A DNA stretch of 64,000 bases from an uncultured Acidobacteriota bacterium. GTDB lineage: Bacteria > Acidobacteriota > JAQAZP01. Location: assembly GCA_963836075.1 (NCBI GenBank), contig CAWIIB010000009.1, positions 1,344,001 to 1,408,000 of the forward strand, read 5' to 3'. The position numbers and the translations under genes were made by a program. This document shows, piece by piece, positions 11,601 to 20,018 of the stretch. The first letter of the stretch is position 1; every line of letters starts with the position of its first letter. Below the pieces are notes generated by a model. That model was given only the letters and a program-made list of their open reading frames with translations. It did not search any database and was not told the origin of the DNA.

Positions 11601-12003
11601 GTTGCGAAGTGGAGTAGATATACTCCACATTCTCGATCTCGTAGAGCAGCTTCTCCAGCGGAGTGACCACGCGGCTCTCCACCTCTTCAGCGGTGGCGCC
11701 GGGGAAACCGACCAGGACGTCGATCATCGGCACCTTGATCTGCGGCTCTTCCTCGCTGGGGGTGACCAGGATGGCGAAGGCACCCAGCAGCAGGGCAAAG
11801 ACCACGATCAGCGGGGTCAGCTTGGAGTCGAGGAAGGCGCTGGCGATCCTGCCCGAGACGCCCAGTTTGCGGCGGGTCATCTTCAGCCGCAGCGCCTGGC
11901 GCCGGATCTTATCCAGCTCTTCGGGGGTCACCTTCTTCCCTTCGTCGGGAGCCGGGGCCGCCGTGTCGGGCCGTTTGTTGTTCTCGGGGTGCTGGTCGTT
12001 CAT
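8635..12003 (-). CDS. RND efflux transporter permease (AcrB/CzcA family)
   Basis: 1122 aa, EEEPQIKVP, GILVDDAIVVVEN, GIIVRNSILLVDF, AGAVRLLPI. Confidence 0.95.
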   Translation of the reverse strand: MNDQHPENNKRPDTAAPAPDEGKKVTPEELDKIRRQALRLKMTRRKLGVSGRIASAFLDSKLTPLIVVFALLLGAFAILVTPSEEEPQIKVPMIDVLVGFPGATAEEVESRVVTPLEKLLYEIENVEYIYSTSQPSGGLIIVRFLVGTDPDQAAVRVHAKIASAADRMPDGAMTPVVKPRTIDDVPVAAYTFWSGDATPHQLRKVADELQVELSRHPRVGQAWVIGGGRSTVRVDVDRERLTAFNVSLLQAYQSLRGFNWRLPAGSVSLLNEEIQVDAGQFLTDAAEVGNVVVGVYNSNPVYLKDVAEIHDGPDEPSDYVWLGAGPAGSDKGLPDGLDHPAVTLAVAKKPGTNATEMVNDLDRRIEGLQGKVIPSNVKILKTRDYGFTAKEKSDELLKHLFEATIAVIFLIWITMSWRESAVVAVVIPVTLALTLAASYFFGYTLNRVTLFALIFSIGILVDDAIVVVENVHRHMKLGWAGRRLTTVYAVDEVGNPTILATFAIISALLPLAFVRGLMGPYMRPIPINASAAMMISLGAAFVISPWLTKRLFTSEAKIVSKGPDASGPPKENFLARAYTRLMRPMIRSSAYRYAFLAFVALLLAGSMSTVYFKFTTVKMLPHDNKSELQVIIDAPEGYTLEKTDAAAREIAAVFRTMPEVTDYQVYSGTSSPYNFNGLVRHYFMRDQSNMADIQINFVHADKRDLQSHQLAGKVREMITPIAQRLGVLVKVAEIPPGPPVFSTLVAEIYGPTMEGRLDVAGRVKQVLEETDGVVDVDWEVEHAAPRAEIVVDREKAIRAGVTPEQVVRTLRLALSGGEAGLSHQPAARTDVPILLRLDRAQRSHIDELLRLTVHNGQGGMVPLAELTRVVESTREPSRYHKNLQPVTYVYGEVAGALEAPVYAILDMEDRIAEITTPDGEPLEVIATTLPEDTTRYIMKWDGEWHITFEVFRDMGIAFAVVMVLIYVLMVGWFKSFITPMIIMVPIPLTLVGILPAHGMFGIFFTATSMIGFIALAGIIVRNSILLVDFINLELQAGEPLNDAVIKAGAVRLLPIVLTQASTIVGGVFMLADPIFQGLALALISGITVSTFLTLGVIPVLYYMFLKAAGPENVVNIGNEQES

Positions 12004-13082
12004 TTTGCCACCTCCACCGGGGAGCCGTCAGGTACCGGGCCGTGAAGGCCGAGCAGCGCCTGTTCACCTTCGGCGAGGCCGGAGAGGATCTCGACTTTTT
12101 CGCCGCCGAGGGTCCGACCGGTGGTCACCGCCCGGGTCCGGGCCAGGCCCTCCTCACTGCGCAGCACAACCAGTTCCAGGCCGCCGCGGGCGTGTACCGC
12201 TGCCGCGGGGACGGCCAGCCGTTCCACCGGGTCGCCGGCCAGGTAACCGCGGCCGCTGGCGCCGGAAGCGGCCGCATCGGCGGGGAGCCCCACCTTGACG
12301 GTGAAGGTGTGGGTGGCCGCGTCGGCGGCGGCGGAGATCTCGTCAACCGTCCCCTCGATCCGTCCCAGGTCGGGCCGGGAGTCGAGGCTCACCTCCAGGG
12401 TCTGCCCCAGGCTGATCCGTTTGATGTCCGCCTCGCGCACGGTGAGCCGCATCTGGCTGCTGGAGCGGGACTCCAGGCGCAGCAGCGGCCGGCCCGGGGC
12501 GGCCATGTCGCCCACCTCGGCCATCTTTTCCACCACCCGGGCGTTGAACGGTGCGGTGACCTTCGCATCGCCGGCCACCGAGCTGGCCGAACTCACCGCA
12601 CCCTCGGCCTGGGCCACGGCGCCCTTGGCCTGGTCGTACTGCATGCGGGCCATGTCCATCTCCACTTCGGAGGCGGCATTCTTCCGCTGCAGCTCTTCGT
12701 AGCGGTGGAAGTTCTTCTCGGCCATGGCCAGGGCGGCCTGGGCCTGGGAGAGGGCGCCCTGGGCCTGGGAGACCTGGCCCTCGATGGAGTCGGGTTCGAT
12801 TTCCAGCAGGATCTGCCCCTTGCGCACCGTGTCCCCCGGGGTCACCTTGACCGCGGTCACCGGGCCGGAGACCCGGCTGGAGACCACGGCCTGCCGCGCC
12901 GGCTGCACGGTGCCGAAGACTTCGATGGTTCGCGGCTCGGTGAGCCGTTCCACGGTGGCCACTTCCGCGGTCACCATGGCCAGTTCGGGAGGCGTCGCTC
13001 CGGGCTCCGATCCGCAGCCGGAGGTGAGGAGCAGGGCGGCCAGCAGGGTCAGGCTGCTCAGTCTGAATGTTCTGGTGTTCAT
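12000..13082 (-). CDS. RND periplasmic adaptor (membrane fusion protein), lipoprotein
   Basis: Lipobox LTSGC, lipoyl-like GDTVRKGQIL, coiled hairpin, APFNARV. Confidence 0.93.
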   Translation of the reverse strand: MNTRTFRLSSLTLLAALLLTSGCGSEPGATPPELAMVTAEVATVERLTEPRTIEVFGTVQPARQAVVSSRVSGPVTAVKVTPGDTVRKGQILLEIEPDSIEGQVSQAQGALSQAQAALAMAEKNFHRYEELQRKNAASEVEMDMARMQYDQAKGAVAQAEGAVSSASSVAGDAKVTAPFNARVVEKMAEVGDMAAPGRPLLRLESRSSSQMRLTVREADIKRISLGQTLEVSLDSRPDLGRIEGTVDEISAAADAATHTFTVKVGLPADAAASGASGRGYLAGDPVERLAVPAAAVHARGGLELVVLRSEEGLARTRAVTTGRTLGGEKVEILSGLAEGEQALLGLHGPVPDGSPVEVAK

Positions 13083-14439
13083 ATCTCTTCATCCTCCGTG
13101 GCGACGATGGGATTGATCAGGGAGAACCCGGCGGCAAAGTGGAGCCGAAACAGGGCGAAGGCCTCGTCATAGCGGGCGGTCAGTTCGCGGACCTCCGCCT
13201 CGCGCAGCGAGGTTTCGGCGTCCAGCAGATCGATCATCTTTTCCAGCCCCTGCTGGAAGCGCTCGTCGGTGATGCGCAGCGCCTCTCCGGCCGAAGCCAG
13301 CGCGGCCCGGGCGGTTCCGCTGCGCGCCCGGGCGGTGGCCAGATCCTGCCAGGCCTGGCGGACCTCCAGCCGGATTCCCTCCTCGAAGCGGCCGATGTTT
13401 TCGTCAAAGGAGCGCGTCTGGTGCCGTGCCGCATCCAGGGCCTGCTTGTCCGCGCCGCCGCGGAAGAGGTTGATCCGGGCGTTGACCATCACCGAGCCGG
13501 AATGGCCGTTGCTGCCGAGAAAGGAGTCGTCATAGAGGTCGTAGTGACCGATCAGTGCCACCTGGGGCATGAAGCCCGAGCGGGCCTTTTTCTCCTCCAG
13601 CTTGCCGGCGTCCCGCTGGGTGCGCGAGGCCCGGAGGTCGTCCCGCTGCTCCAGGGCCATGGCGGTCCACTCTTCCAGAGTACCCCGGCGAACTGGTTCT
13701 CCGGCAACGGGGCCAGTTCCTGGGGCGTGGACTGGTCCAGACCCATGTGGAAGTTTAGCGCCGCCTCGGCCAGCTGGGCCCCGGCCTCGGCCTGGGCGGT
13801 GAAATCGTCCATCTCCGAGAGGTAGACCCGGGCCTTGAGCACTTCGGCCTCGACGATCATCCCCACCGCGGCAAACTCCTCGGCCAGGCGCACATGTTCG
13901 GCGGTGGTGGCCCGGGCCTTGACCATCAGCTTGTGATATTCCCGGGCCTTGGTCAGGTTGGTGAAGGCGGTGAGCGTTTCGTAGGCCACCTGCTGGCGGG
14001 TCCGCTGGTACTGCGACTGCTGGGCTTCGGCCATCAGTTTCGCCTGATTCACCTGGGAGGTGAGTTCGCCGCCGAGCCAGATCGGCTGCACCAGCTCCAG
14101 CCGGGTCATCCAGTTGTTCAGCCAATCCGGGTTGTTGGGGTCGCCGGCAAAGAAATCATTCATGTCGAACCGTTCCTGGTTCAGCTGGTAGGCGAAGACC
14201 TCAGCCGGATTGTTGGTGCCGTGATAGACCTCCACCAGGTCGACTTTCGGATACCAGTGGCCCTTTGACTGGGACGCCCGGGCTTCGGCGGCAGCCCGTT
14301 CGGCGTCGCTGGCTGCCAGCGACGGGCTGTTCTCCAGCGCCGTGGCCACCGCCCCGTCCGGGGTGAGCGGCTCTGCGGCGTCCAGAGCTGCAGCCGGCAG
14401 TACCAGTGCCAGGAGAAGAGCTGTCAGAATACTTTTCAT
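13079..14439 (-). CDS. TolC family outer-membrane efflux protein, frameshifted near 13683-13686
   Basis: N-half in ORF 13552..14439 (signal peptide, ALENSPSL); C-half in ORF 13079..14125 (ERFQQG...DLLDAE); join at a G4 run. Confidence 0.88.
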
Positions 14440-14577
14440 TGCTCACCTCATTAGTCGGTTAGATCCATAAGAATGTAGGGAATCCGTTGAAAAAATTCTG
14501 GAAAAACCAATTAAATATTGCTCTCATCTCTTCACTCGGTTATGGTGACCTCTTCGTTTGCAGGCCGCCATGGCCTC

Positions 14578-14617
14578 TTGACTGCATGACTATATAATCA
14601 TATACGGATATTGTCAA
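14578..14617. promoter_or_regulatory. Overlapping divergent sigma70 promoters with palindromic operator
   Basis: Minus strand TTGACA(14617-14612)-N17-TATAGT(14594-14589); plus strand TTGACT(14578)-N17-TATACG; near-palindrome ATGACTATATAATCAT at 14586-14601. Confidence 0.7.
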
Positions 14618-14693
14618 GAGGAAATCCGGACCTTTTTTATCACTTTTTTCATTGGATTTCAGCCGGATATACCGGCGGGATGGAGATGCACCC

Positions 14694-15605
14694 ATGGGGA
14701 TTCCAAAAGAAGCCACCGGCCTGAAAGTGGGGCTGTACATTGACGTGGCCAACCTGTCGTTGAACGGCGGCTTCGGGCTGCGCTACGACGTGCTGCGGGA
14801 GTTCGTCTGCCGGGGCGGGGCCGAGCCGATGCGGCTCAATGCGTATGTGAGTTACGACTCCGACAGGGCTGCCGCGGACCAGGCCTACAAAGCCTCGCAG
14901 TACGGTTTTCACTCGGTGCTCCGTGACCTCGGATTCAAGGTGATCGAGAAACGGGTCAAATGGTTCACCGACGAGCACGGCAACCGCTTCGGCAAGGCCA
15001 ATGTGGACCTCGACCTGGCGGTGGACGCGCTGCTGCAGTCGGAAAACATGGACCGCGTGCTCCTGGCCACCGGGGACGGCGACTTTGTCCAGGTGGTGCG
15101 GGCTCTGCAGAACAAGGGCTGCCGGGTGGAGGTGGTGGCCTTTGACAACGTCTCCGCCGAGTTACGGCGCGAGGCGGACAGCTTTATCTCCGGCTACCTG
15201 ATTCCCAACCTGCTGCCGGTGCAGCGCGGACGGTCCTGGGCCTCCCAGGCCTGGGGCGAGGTGGGCTCGGTGGTCCGCGGCGTCTGCTGCAGCCATGATC
15301 CGGACAAGCCGTACGGTTTTCTCCGCTTCCTCCAGGACTTCAATGCCGAACTGTGGAAAACCGATACCCGCCAGCCCGACAGCCCCTACCGCACCATCTT
15401 CTGCCACGACTCGGAACTGCCGGACGATGTGCGGGTCTACGACCTGCCCAGCCGGGCGCTGATTTTCGAGTTCGAGATCGCCGAGGGTGAGCCGGGCAAG
15501 GGGCAAAAGGCGGTGAACGTGACGCGGATCATGGCCAAGCCCAAGGGCGGGCCCGGCCGCGATCCGGCGACCCGCGAGCTGCCGTTCAAGAACGGCAACA
15601 ATTAA
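14694..15605 (+). CDS. NYN (LabA/DUF88) PIN-like nuclease with C-terminal cold-shock/OB-like domain
   Basis: LYIDVANL, NVDLDLAVD, LATGDGDF acidic motifs; C-terminal YGFL...IFCH...FEFEI...KAVNV. Confidence 0.85.
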   Translation: MGIPKEATGLKVGLYIDVANLSLNGGFGLRYDVLREFVCRGGAEPMRLNAYVSYDSDRAAADQAYKASQYGFHSVLRDLGFKVIEKRVKWFTDEHGNRFGKANVDLDLAVDALLQSENMDRVLLATGDGDFVQVVRALQNKGCRVEVVAFDNVSAELRREADSFISGYLIPNLLPVQRGRSWASQAWGEVGSVVRGVCCSHDPDKPYGFLRFLQDFNAELWKTDTRQPDSPYRTIFCHDSELPDDVRVYDLPSRALIFEFEIAEGEPGKGQKAVNVTRIMAKPKGGPGRDPATRELPFKNGNN

Positions 15606-16005
15606 AGGCGTCCGGCGGTCACGTTGGTGCCGTGGGTCAGGCCCGCATCCCCCCACCAGCTCGCTGCGGCCGAGCCGTCGAAGCGCCAGCCGCGAACGTG
15701 GGCGGCGAACTCACCTCCCGGACCGGGTGCTGTGACGATTTCGTCACAGTACCCGCGTCGATGTTTCCCGCAGTCACATTGACCCCGAAACGGTTCGTGC
15801 TGTTGGCCAGGAAGCTGCGGCCGGGCAGCGGTGTGCCGTCCGCCCCGAATCCCCTGATGTGCGAGCCTTAGATATCCCCCGGCCCGGGGCCGGCGATGAG
15901 CAACGGCTCCGCCATGGCGATGCCGTGGTGGTGACCCATGTTCACCACGCCCCTGTCAGCATCGAGGCACGGGCTGTCCGCGGCTTGACCGAGGGGCCGG
16001 AGTTG
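15602..16005 (-). pseudogene. Degenerate remnant of a secreted FG-GAP-repeat gene, paralogous to 50140..52224
   Basis: Minus-strand translation GQAADSPCLDA..MGHHH..GPGPGDI*GSHIRGF..FGVNVTAG..DEIVTAPGPGGEFAAHVRGW..GLTHGTNVTAGRL*, with internal stop and frameshift. Confidence 0.85.
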
Positions 16006-16065
16006 TTTAGTCGAACATTCTTGACACATCGTGCTCTGCCATATCCAGCCAAATCACGCAGACAT

Positions 16066-16093
16066 CTAACCGGGCCTAAACATTAATTTAACA
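16066..16093 (+). promoter_or_regulatory. Putative Pho boxes upstream of pstS
   Basis: CTAACC, TAAACA, TTAACA at 16066, 16077, 16088 (11-bp period). Confidence 0.55.
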
Positions 16094-16250
16094 ATTGAAG
16101 AGTAGATTGAGCCAGGTTCATTGGAGGTGGGCGGGGCACTGGCAGCAGCACGTCCCCCGACAGCACGACGAACCGCCGATATCAGAGCCTGTTTTAGCAA
16201 CGGTGTTTTACCCGTAGGTTATCTCGCAAACAGTCGAATGGAGGATTGAG

Positions 16251-17240
16251 ATGAGGAAGTATCTCGGTTTTGCTCTCGTGATCGTGGCCGCCCTGACCGT
16301 GGTGGCCAACCCGGTACTCGCCCAGGTGCAGGTCGACCCCAATCTGCCCCGGTACAAGCCGGTGCAGGGCGTTTCGGGGAGCATCAAATCGGTGGGTTCC
16401 GACACGCTGAACAACCTGATGACCCTCTGGACCGAGGGCTTCAAGAAGATCTATCCCAACATCCAGATCGAGATCGAGGGCAAGGGGTCCTCCACCGCTC
16501 CGCCGGCGCTGATTGCCGGCACCTCCAACTTCGGCCCGATGAGCCGGAAGATGAAGGACAAGGAGCTGGACGAGTTTGAAGCCAGATTCGGCTACAAGCC
16601 CATCTCGCTTCCCACCAGCATCGACATGCTGGCCGTGTTCGCCAACAAGGACAACCCGGTGAAGGGTCTGACCCTGCCGCAGATCGATGCCATTTTCTCC
16701 AAGTCCCGCAAGCTGGGATTTGCCGAAGACATCACCAGCTGGGGTCAGCTGGGCCTCAAGGGCGAGTGGGCCAACCTGCCGATCAGCCTTTACGGCCGCA
16801 ACGCCGCCTCCGGCACTTACGGGTACTTCAAGAAGCATGCCCTGGGCAAGGGCGACTACCGCGATTCGGTCAAGGAGCAGCCGGGCAGCAGCGCGGTGGT
16901 GCAGGGCGTGGCCAGCGACAGGGGCGGCCTGGGTTACAGCGGCATCGGCTACAGGACCGCCGACGTCATCGCCGTGCCCCTGGCCCGCGACGCCGGTTCT
17001 CCGATGATTCCTGCGACGCCCGAATATGCCTACACCGGTGAGTATCCCCTGGCCCGCTTCCTCTACATCTACGTCAACCACAAGCCGGGCAGCGACCTCG
17101 ACCCGCTGCGCCGTGAGTTCATCAAGTATGTCTTCAGTGCCCAGGGTCAGGAGGACGTGGTCAAGGACGGCTACTTCCCGGTAACCGCCAAGATCGCCCG
17201 CGACACCCTGGAATCCCTGGGCATCGAACCTGGATTCTGA
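16251..17240 (+). CDS. pstS: Phosphate ABC transporter substrate-binding protein
   Basis: Signal peptide, SVGSDTL, EGKGSSTA, GRNAASGTYGYF, YPLARFLYIY. Confidence 0.95.
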   Translation: MRKYLGFALVIVAALTVVANPVLAQVQVDPNLPRYKPVQGVSGSIKSVGSDTLNNLMTLWTEGFKKIYPNIQIEIEGKGSSTAPPALIAGTSNFGPMSRKMKDKELDEFEARFGYKPISLPTSIDMLAVFANKDNPVKGLTLPQIDAIFSKSRKLGFAEDITSWGQLGLKGEWANLPISLYGRNAASGTYGYFKKHALGKGDYRDSVKEQPGSSAVVQGVASDRGGLGYSGIGYRTADVIAVPLARDAGSPMIPATPEYAYTGEYPLARFLYIYVNHKPGSDLDPLRREFIKYVFSAQGQEDVVKDGYFPVTAKIARDTLESLGIEPGF

Positions 17241-17286
17241 TCCGTTCCGAACTCCTCATCCCTGTTTTTTGTATCGGAATTGAACC

Positions 17287-20004
17287 ATGGCTTCCGGCCC
17301 CAGCTTCACCGGCTACCAGCGCGCCAAGAAGACCCGCTTCTCGGTGAGGGCGGGTGACGTGCTGTCGCGGTTCTTTATCACCGTGGGCGGTATCGGAACG
17401 ATCATCGCCGTCTCCACCGTGGCACTCTTTCTGCTCTGGGTAGCTTTCCCCCTGCTCAAGCCGGCCCTGATCGGCGACCAGCAGGAGGTTCGCACTCCGG
17501 TTCGCACCGACAAACCGCTGCGCATCGCCATGGACGAATACCAGCTCTCCGGCTGGGCCCTTTACGGTGACGGGGAGCTGGTCTCCTTCCGGCTGGACAC
17601 CGGCGAAGTGCTGCAGCGGCAGCGACTTTTTGAAGAGAGGACGGTCACCGCCAGTTCCTTCTCCATTGCCAGGGGCGGACTGCGGGTGATGCTGGGATTT
17701 GACGACGGCAACGCAGCCTTCGGGTCGATCGTCTACCGCACCCGGTTCATCGATCTCGCTGACGCTCCGCCGGAGTTGGCCGGGTTGGAAGTGGGGCACG
17801 GGGCCAGGCTGGACACGGCGATGGTGGAGCGCGTCTCGCCCACCCAGTTCCGGGCCACGCAGCTGAACGCCGTGTTCGACGAGCCGATCAGCGTTGTGGC
17901 CGCTACGCCCGAGAGCGCGGCAGATCTGTCAGCCGCCACGGATCCGGTGGATTCGGACCACGCCCCGGCACCGGACGAAGTGGATGACAGTCTTGAATCC
18001 GTGGTGGACGCCTCCAACCCGGTGCTGCTGGTGGATCACCTGGACAGCGACGGCGACCGTGTGTTTGCCGCCTTCACCGCTGACGGCAGTCTCGGCATCC
18101 ACCGCCAGCGGGCACGGGAGAACATCCTCACCGGCGAGGTGACCTACAGCACCAGCAGCACGCCGCTGCCCTACGAGCCGCTCGCCGGGCAGGGGCAACC
18201 GAAATTCCTCAGGCTGTCGGGGCTGGGGGACTCAGTGATGCTGGCCTGGGAGAATGGACACCTGGTCCGCTTCAACACCCGCGATTTCTCATCCCCCTCC
18301 ATCGGGGAGCGGGTGGACCTGCTGGAGGACAGCACACTCCGGCTCACCGCCCTGGAGTATCTGCTGGGCCGAACAACCCTGCTGGCCGGCGACAGCTCGG
18401 GACGGGTGCGGGCCTGGTTCCCGGCCAACATCTCCACCGGCGGGAGGGCGGGCCGTCTGGAGAACAGGCTGGTGACGGCGCACACCTTCCCCGGCGACGG
18501 GTCGCCGGTGTCCTGCATCGGTTCCTCGCAGCGGATGCGCGCCATGGGTGTGGGGTACGGGGACGGCAGCCTGGAAATGCTCCACGTCACCAGCCACAAA
18601 CTCCTGGGCCGGCTGCAGGAGGCGGCGGGTGACGAGCCGGTTCAGGCGTTGGCCTTTGCGCCCAAGGATGACGGGCTGATGGCCCTGACCGGCGGCGGGA
18701 TCCTGCGCTGGGTGGTCGATCCCCGGCATCCCGAATCCACCTTCCGTGCCCTGTTCACCAGGGTGTGGTACGAAGGGGCGGCCGAGCCGCAGCATGTCTG
18801 GCAGTCCTCATCGGCCACCGACGACTTCGAACCGAAGTTCGGCATGATGCCGCTGATTTTCGGCACGCTGAAGGCGACGCTCTTCTCGCTGCTTCTCGGT
18901 GTGCCCATTGCTCTTTTCGCCGCTATCTTCACCAGCGAGTTCCTCAATCCCACGGTGCGCTCGAGGGTCAAGCCGGCGGTGGAGCTGATGGCCAGCCTGC
19001 CCAGCGTGGTGCTCGGCTTCCTGGCCGCGCTGGTTTTCGCGCCGGTGGTGGCCGACCACCTGGTGGTCTTCCTCGTTTCCTTTGTCACCATCCCGGCCTC
19101 GTTTCTCTTTGGCGCCCGGGTCTGGCAACTGCTGCCGCACCAGTTCACCCTGCTGCACCACCGCTGGCGCTTCCCGGTGATGTTTCTCGGGCTGCCCCTG
19201 GGCGCTCTGCTGGCCCTCCTTTTCGCTCCCACGGTGGAGCGATTCTGTTTCGCCGGCGATGTGATGCGCTGGCTCGACGGCCAGATCGGCGGTGCTGGCG
19301 GCGGCTGGCTGGCCCTCCTCTTCCCCCTGGCCTGCTTCGGCGCGGCCTGGGGCACCAGCCGCCTTTTCGGCGACCTGGTGCGCCGGGTCTCGCGGGACTG
19401 GAGCCGCCACCGCTGCGCCCTCTTCGACATTGCCAAGTTCGTGGCGGTGGGGCTGACCGCGTTCCTGCTGGCCGCGGCGGCCGCGTGGCTGCTGACCTTG
19501 CTGGGTTTTGACCCCCGAGGCGGCATCATCGACACCTACGTCCAGCGCAACGCCCTGGTGGTGGGTTTCGTGATGGGCTTTGCCATCATCCCCATCATCT
19601 ACACCATTTCCGAGGACGCGCTCACCGCCGTGCCCGAGCACCTGCGCTCGGCCTCGCTGGGTGCCGGGGCCACACCGTGGCAGACCGCCACCCGGGTCAT
19701 CGTGCCCACCGCCATGAGCGGTCTCTTCTCGGCGGTGATGATCGGGTTGGGACGGGCAGTGGGTGAGACGATGATCGTGCTGATGGCGGCGGGCAACACG
19801 CCGCTGATGGAGTGGAACGTCTTCAACGGCTTCCGCACCCTGTCGGCCAACATCGCGGTGGAGCTGCCGGAGGCGGTGCGGGACAGCACCCACTACCGTA
19901 CGCTGTTTCTCACCGCGCTGGTGCTCTTCGCCATGACCTTCGTGCTGAACACCATCGCCGAGATCGTGCGGATGCGGTTCCGCAAGAAAGCGTTTGAACT
20001 GTAG
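17287..20004 (+). CDS. pstC: Phosphate ABC transporter permease PstC, long form with large periplasmic beta-propeller-like domain
   Basis: PLIFGTLK, ELMASLPSVVLG, ASLGAGATPWQT, GRAVGETM; ~450 aa soluble insertion. Confidence 0.9.
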   Translation: MASGPSFTGYQRAKKTRFSVRAGDVLSRFFITVGGIGTIIAVSTVALFLLWVAFPLLKPALIGDQQEVRTPVRTDKPLRIAMDEYQLSGWALYGDGELVSFRLDTGEVLQRQRLFEERTVTASSFSIARGGLRVMLGFDDGNAAFGSIVYRTRFIDLADAPPELAGLEVGHGARLDTAMVERVSPTQFRATQLNAVFDEPISVVAATPESAADLSAATDPVDSDHAPAPDEVDDSLESVVDASNPVLLVDHLDSDGDRVFAAFTADGSLGIHRQRARENILTGEVTYSTSSTPLPYEPLAGQGQPKFLRLSGLGDSVMLAWENGHLVRFNTRDFSSPSIGERVDLLEDSTLRLTALEYLLGRTTLLAGDSSGRVRAWFPANISTGGRAGRLENRLVTAHTFPGDGSPVSCIGSSQRMRAMGVGYGDGSLEMLHVTSHKLLGRLQEAAGDEPVQALAFAPKDDGLMALTGGGILRWVVDPRHPESTFRALFTRVWYEGAAEPQHVWQSSSATDDFEPKFGMMPLIFGTLKATLFSLLLGVPIALFAAIFTSEFLNPTVRSRVKPAVELMASLPSVVLGFLAALVFAPVVADHLVVFLVSFVTIPASFLFGARVWQLLPHQFTLLHHRWRFPVMFLGLPLGALLALLFAPTVERFCFAGDVMRWLDGQIGGAGGGWLALLFPLACFGAAWGTSRLFGDLVRRVSRDWSRHRCALFDIAKFVAVGLTAFLLAAAAAWLLTLLGFDPRGGIIDTYVQRNALVVGFVMGFAIIPIIYTISEDALTAVPEHLRSASLGAGATPWQTATRVIVPTAMSGLFSAVMIGLGRAVGETMIVLMAAGNTPLMEWNVFNGFRTLSANIAVELPEAVRDSTHYRTLFLTALVLFAMTFVLNTIAEIVRMRFRKKAFEL

Positions 20005-20018
20005 AGAGGGAATCTCCT

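Noticed and set aside
5444-12045. Long antisense ORFs (e.g. 5444..7669, 7861..10374, 10582..12045) and similar ones elsewhere
   Set aside because: Shadow frames of real genes in GC-rich DNA, with no recognisable motifs
13683-13686. Phase variation or programmed frameshifting as the cause of the broken genes
   Set aside because: Homopolymers are only 2-6 nt, there are no canonical slippery signals, and the affected genes are functionally unrelated
15730-15749. Perfect palindrome CTGTGACGA-TT-TCGTCACAG resembling a CRP-type site
   Set aside because: Spacing is N8 rather than N6, and it lies in the DEIVT codons of the FG-GAP pseudogene, so probably coincidental
16184-16195. AGAGCCTGTTTT, similar to an IS5-type terminal repeat
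   Set aside because: Short, with no partner repeat or transposase found
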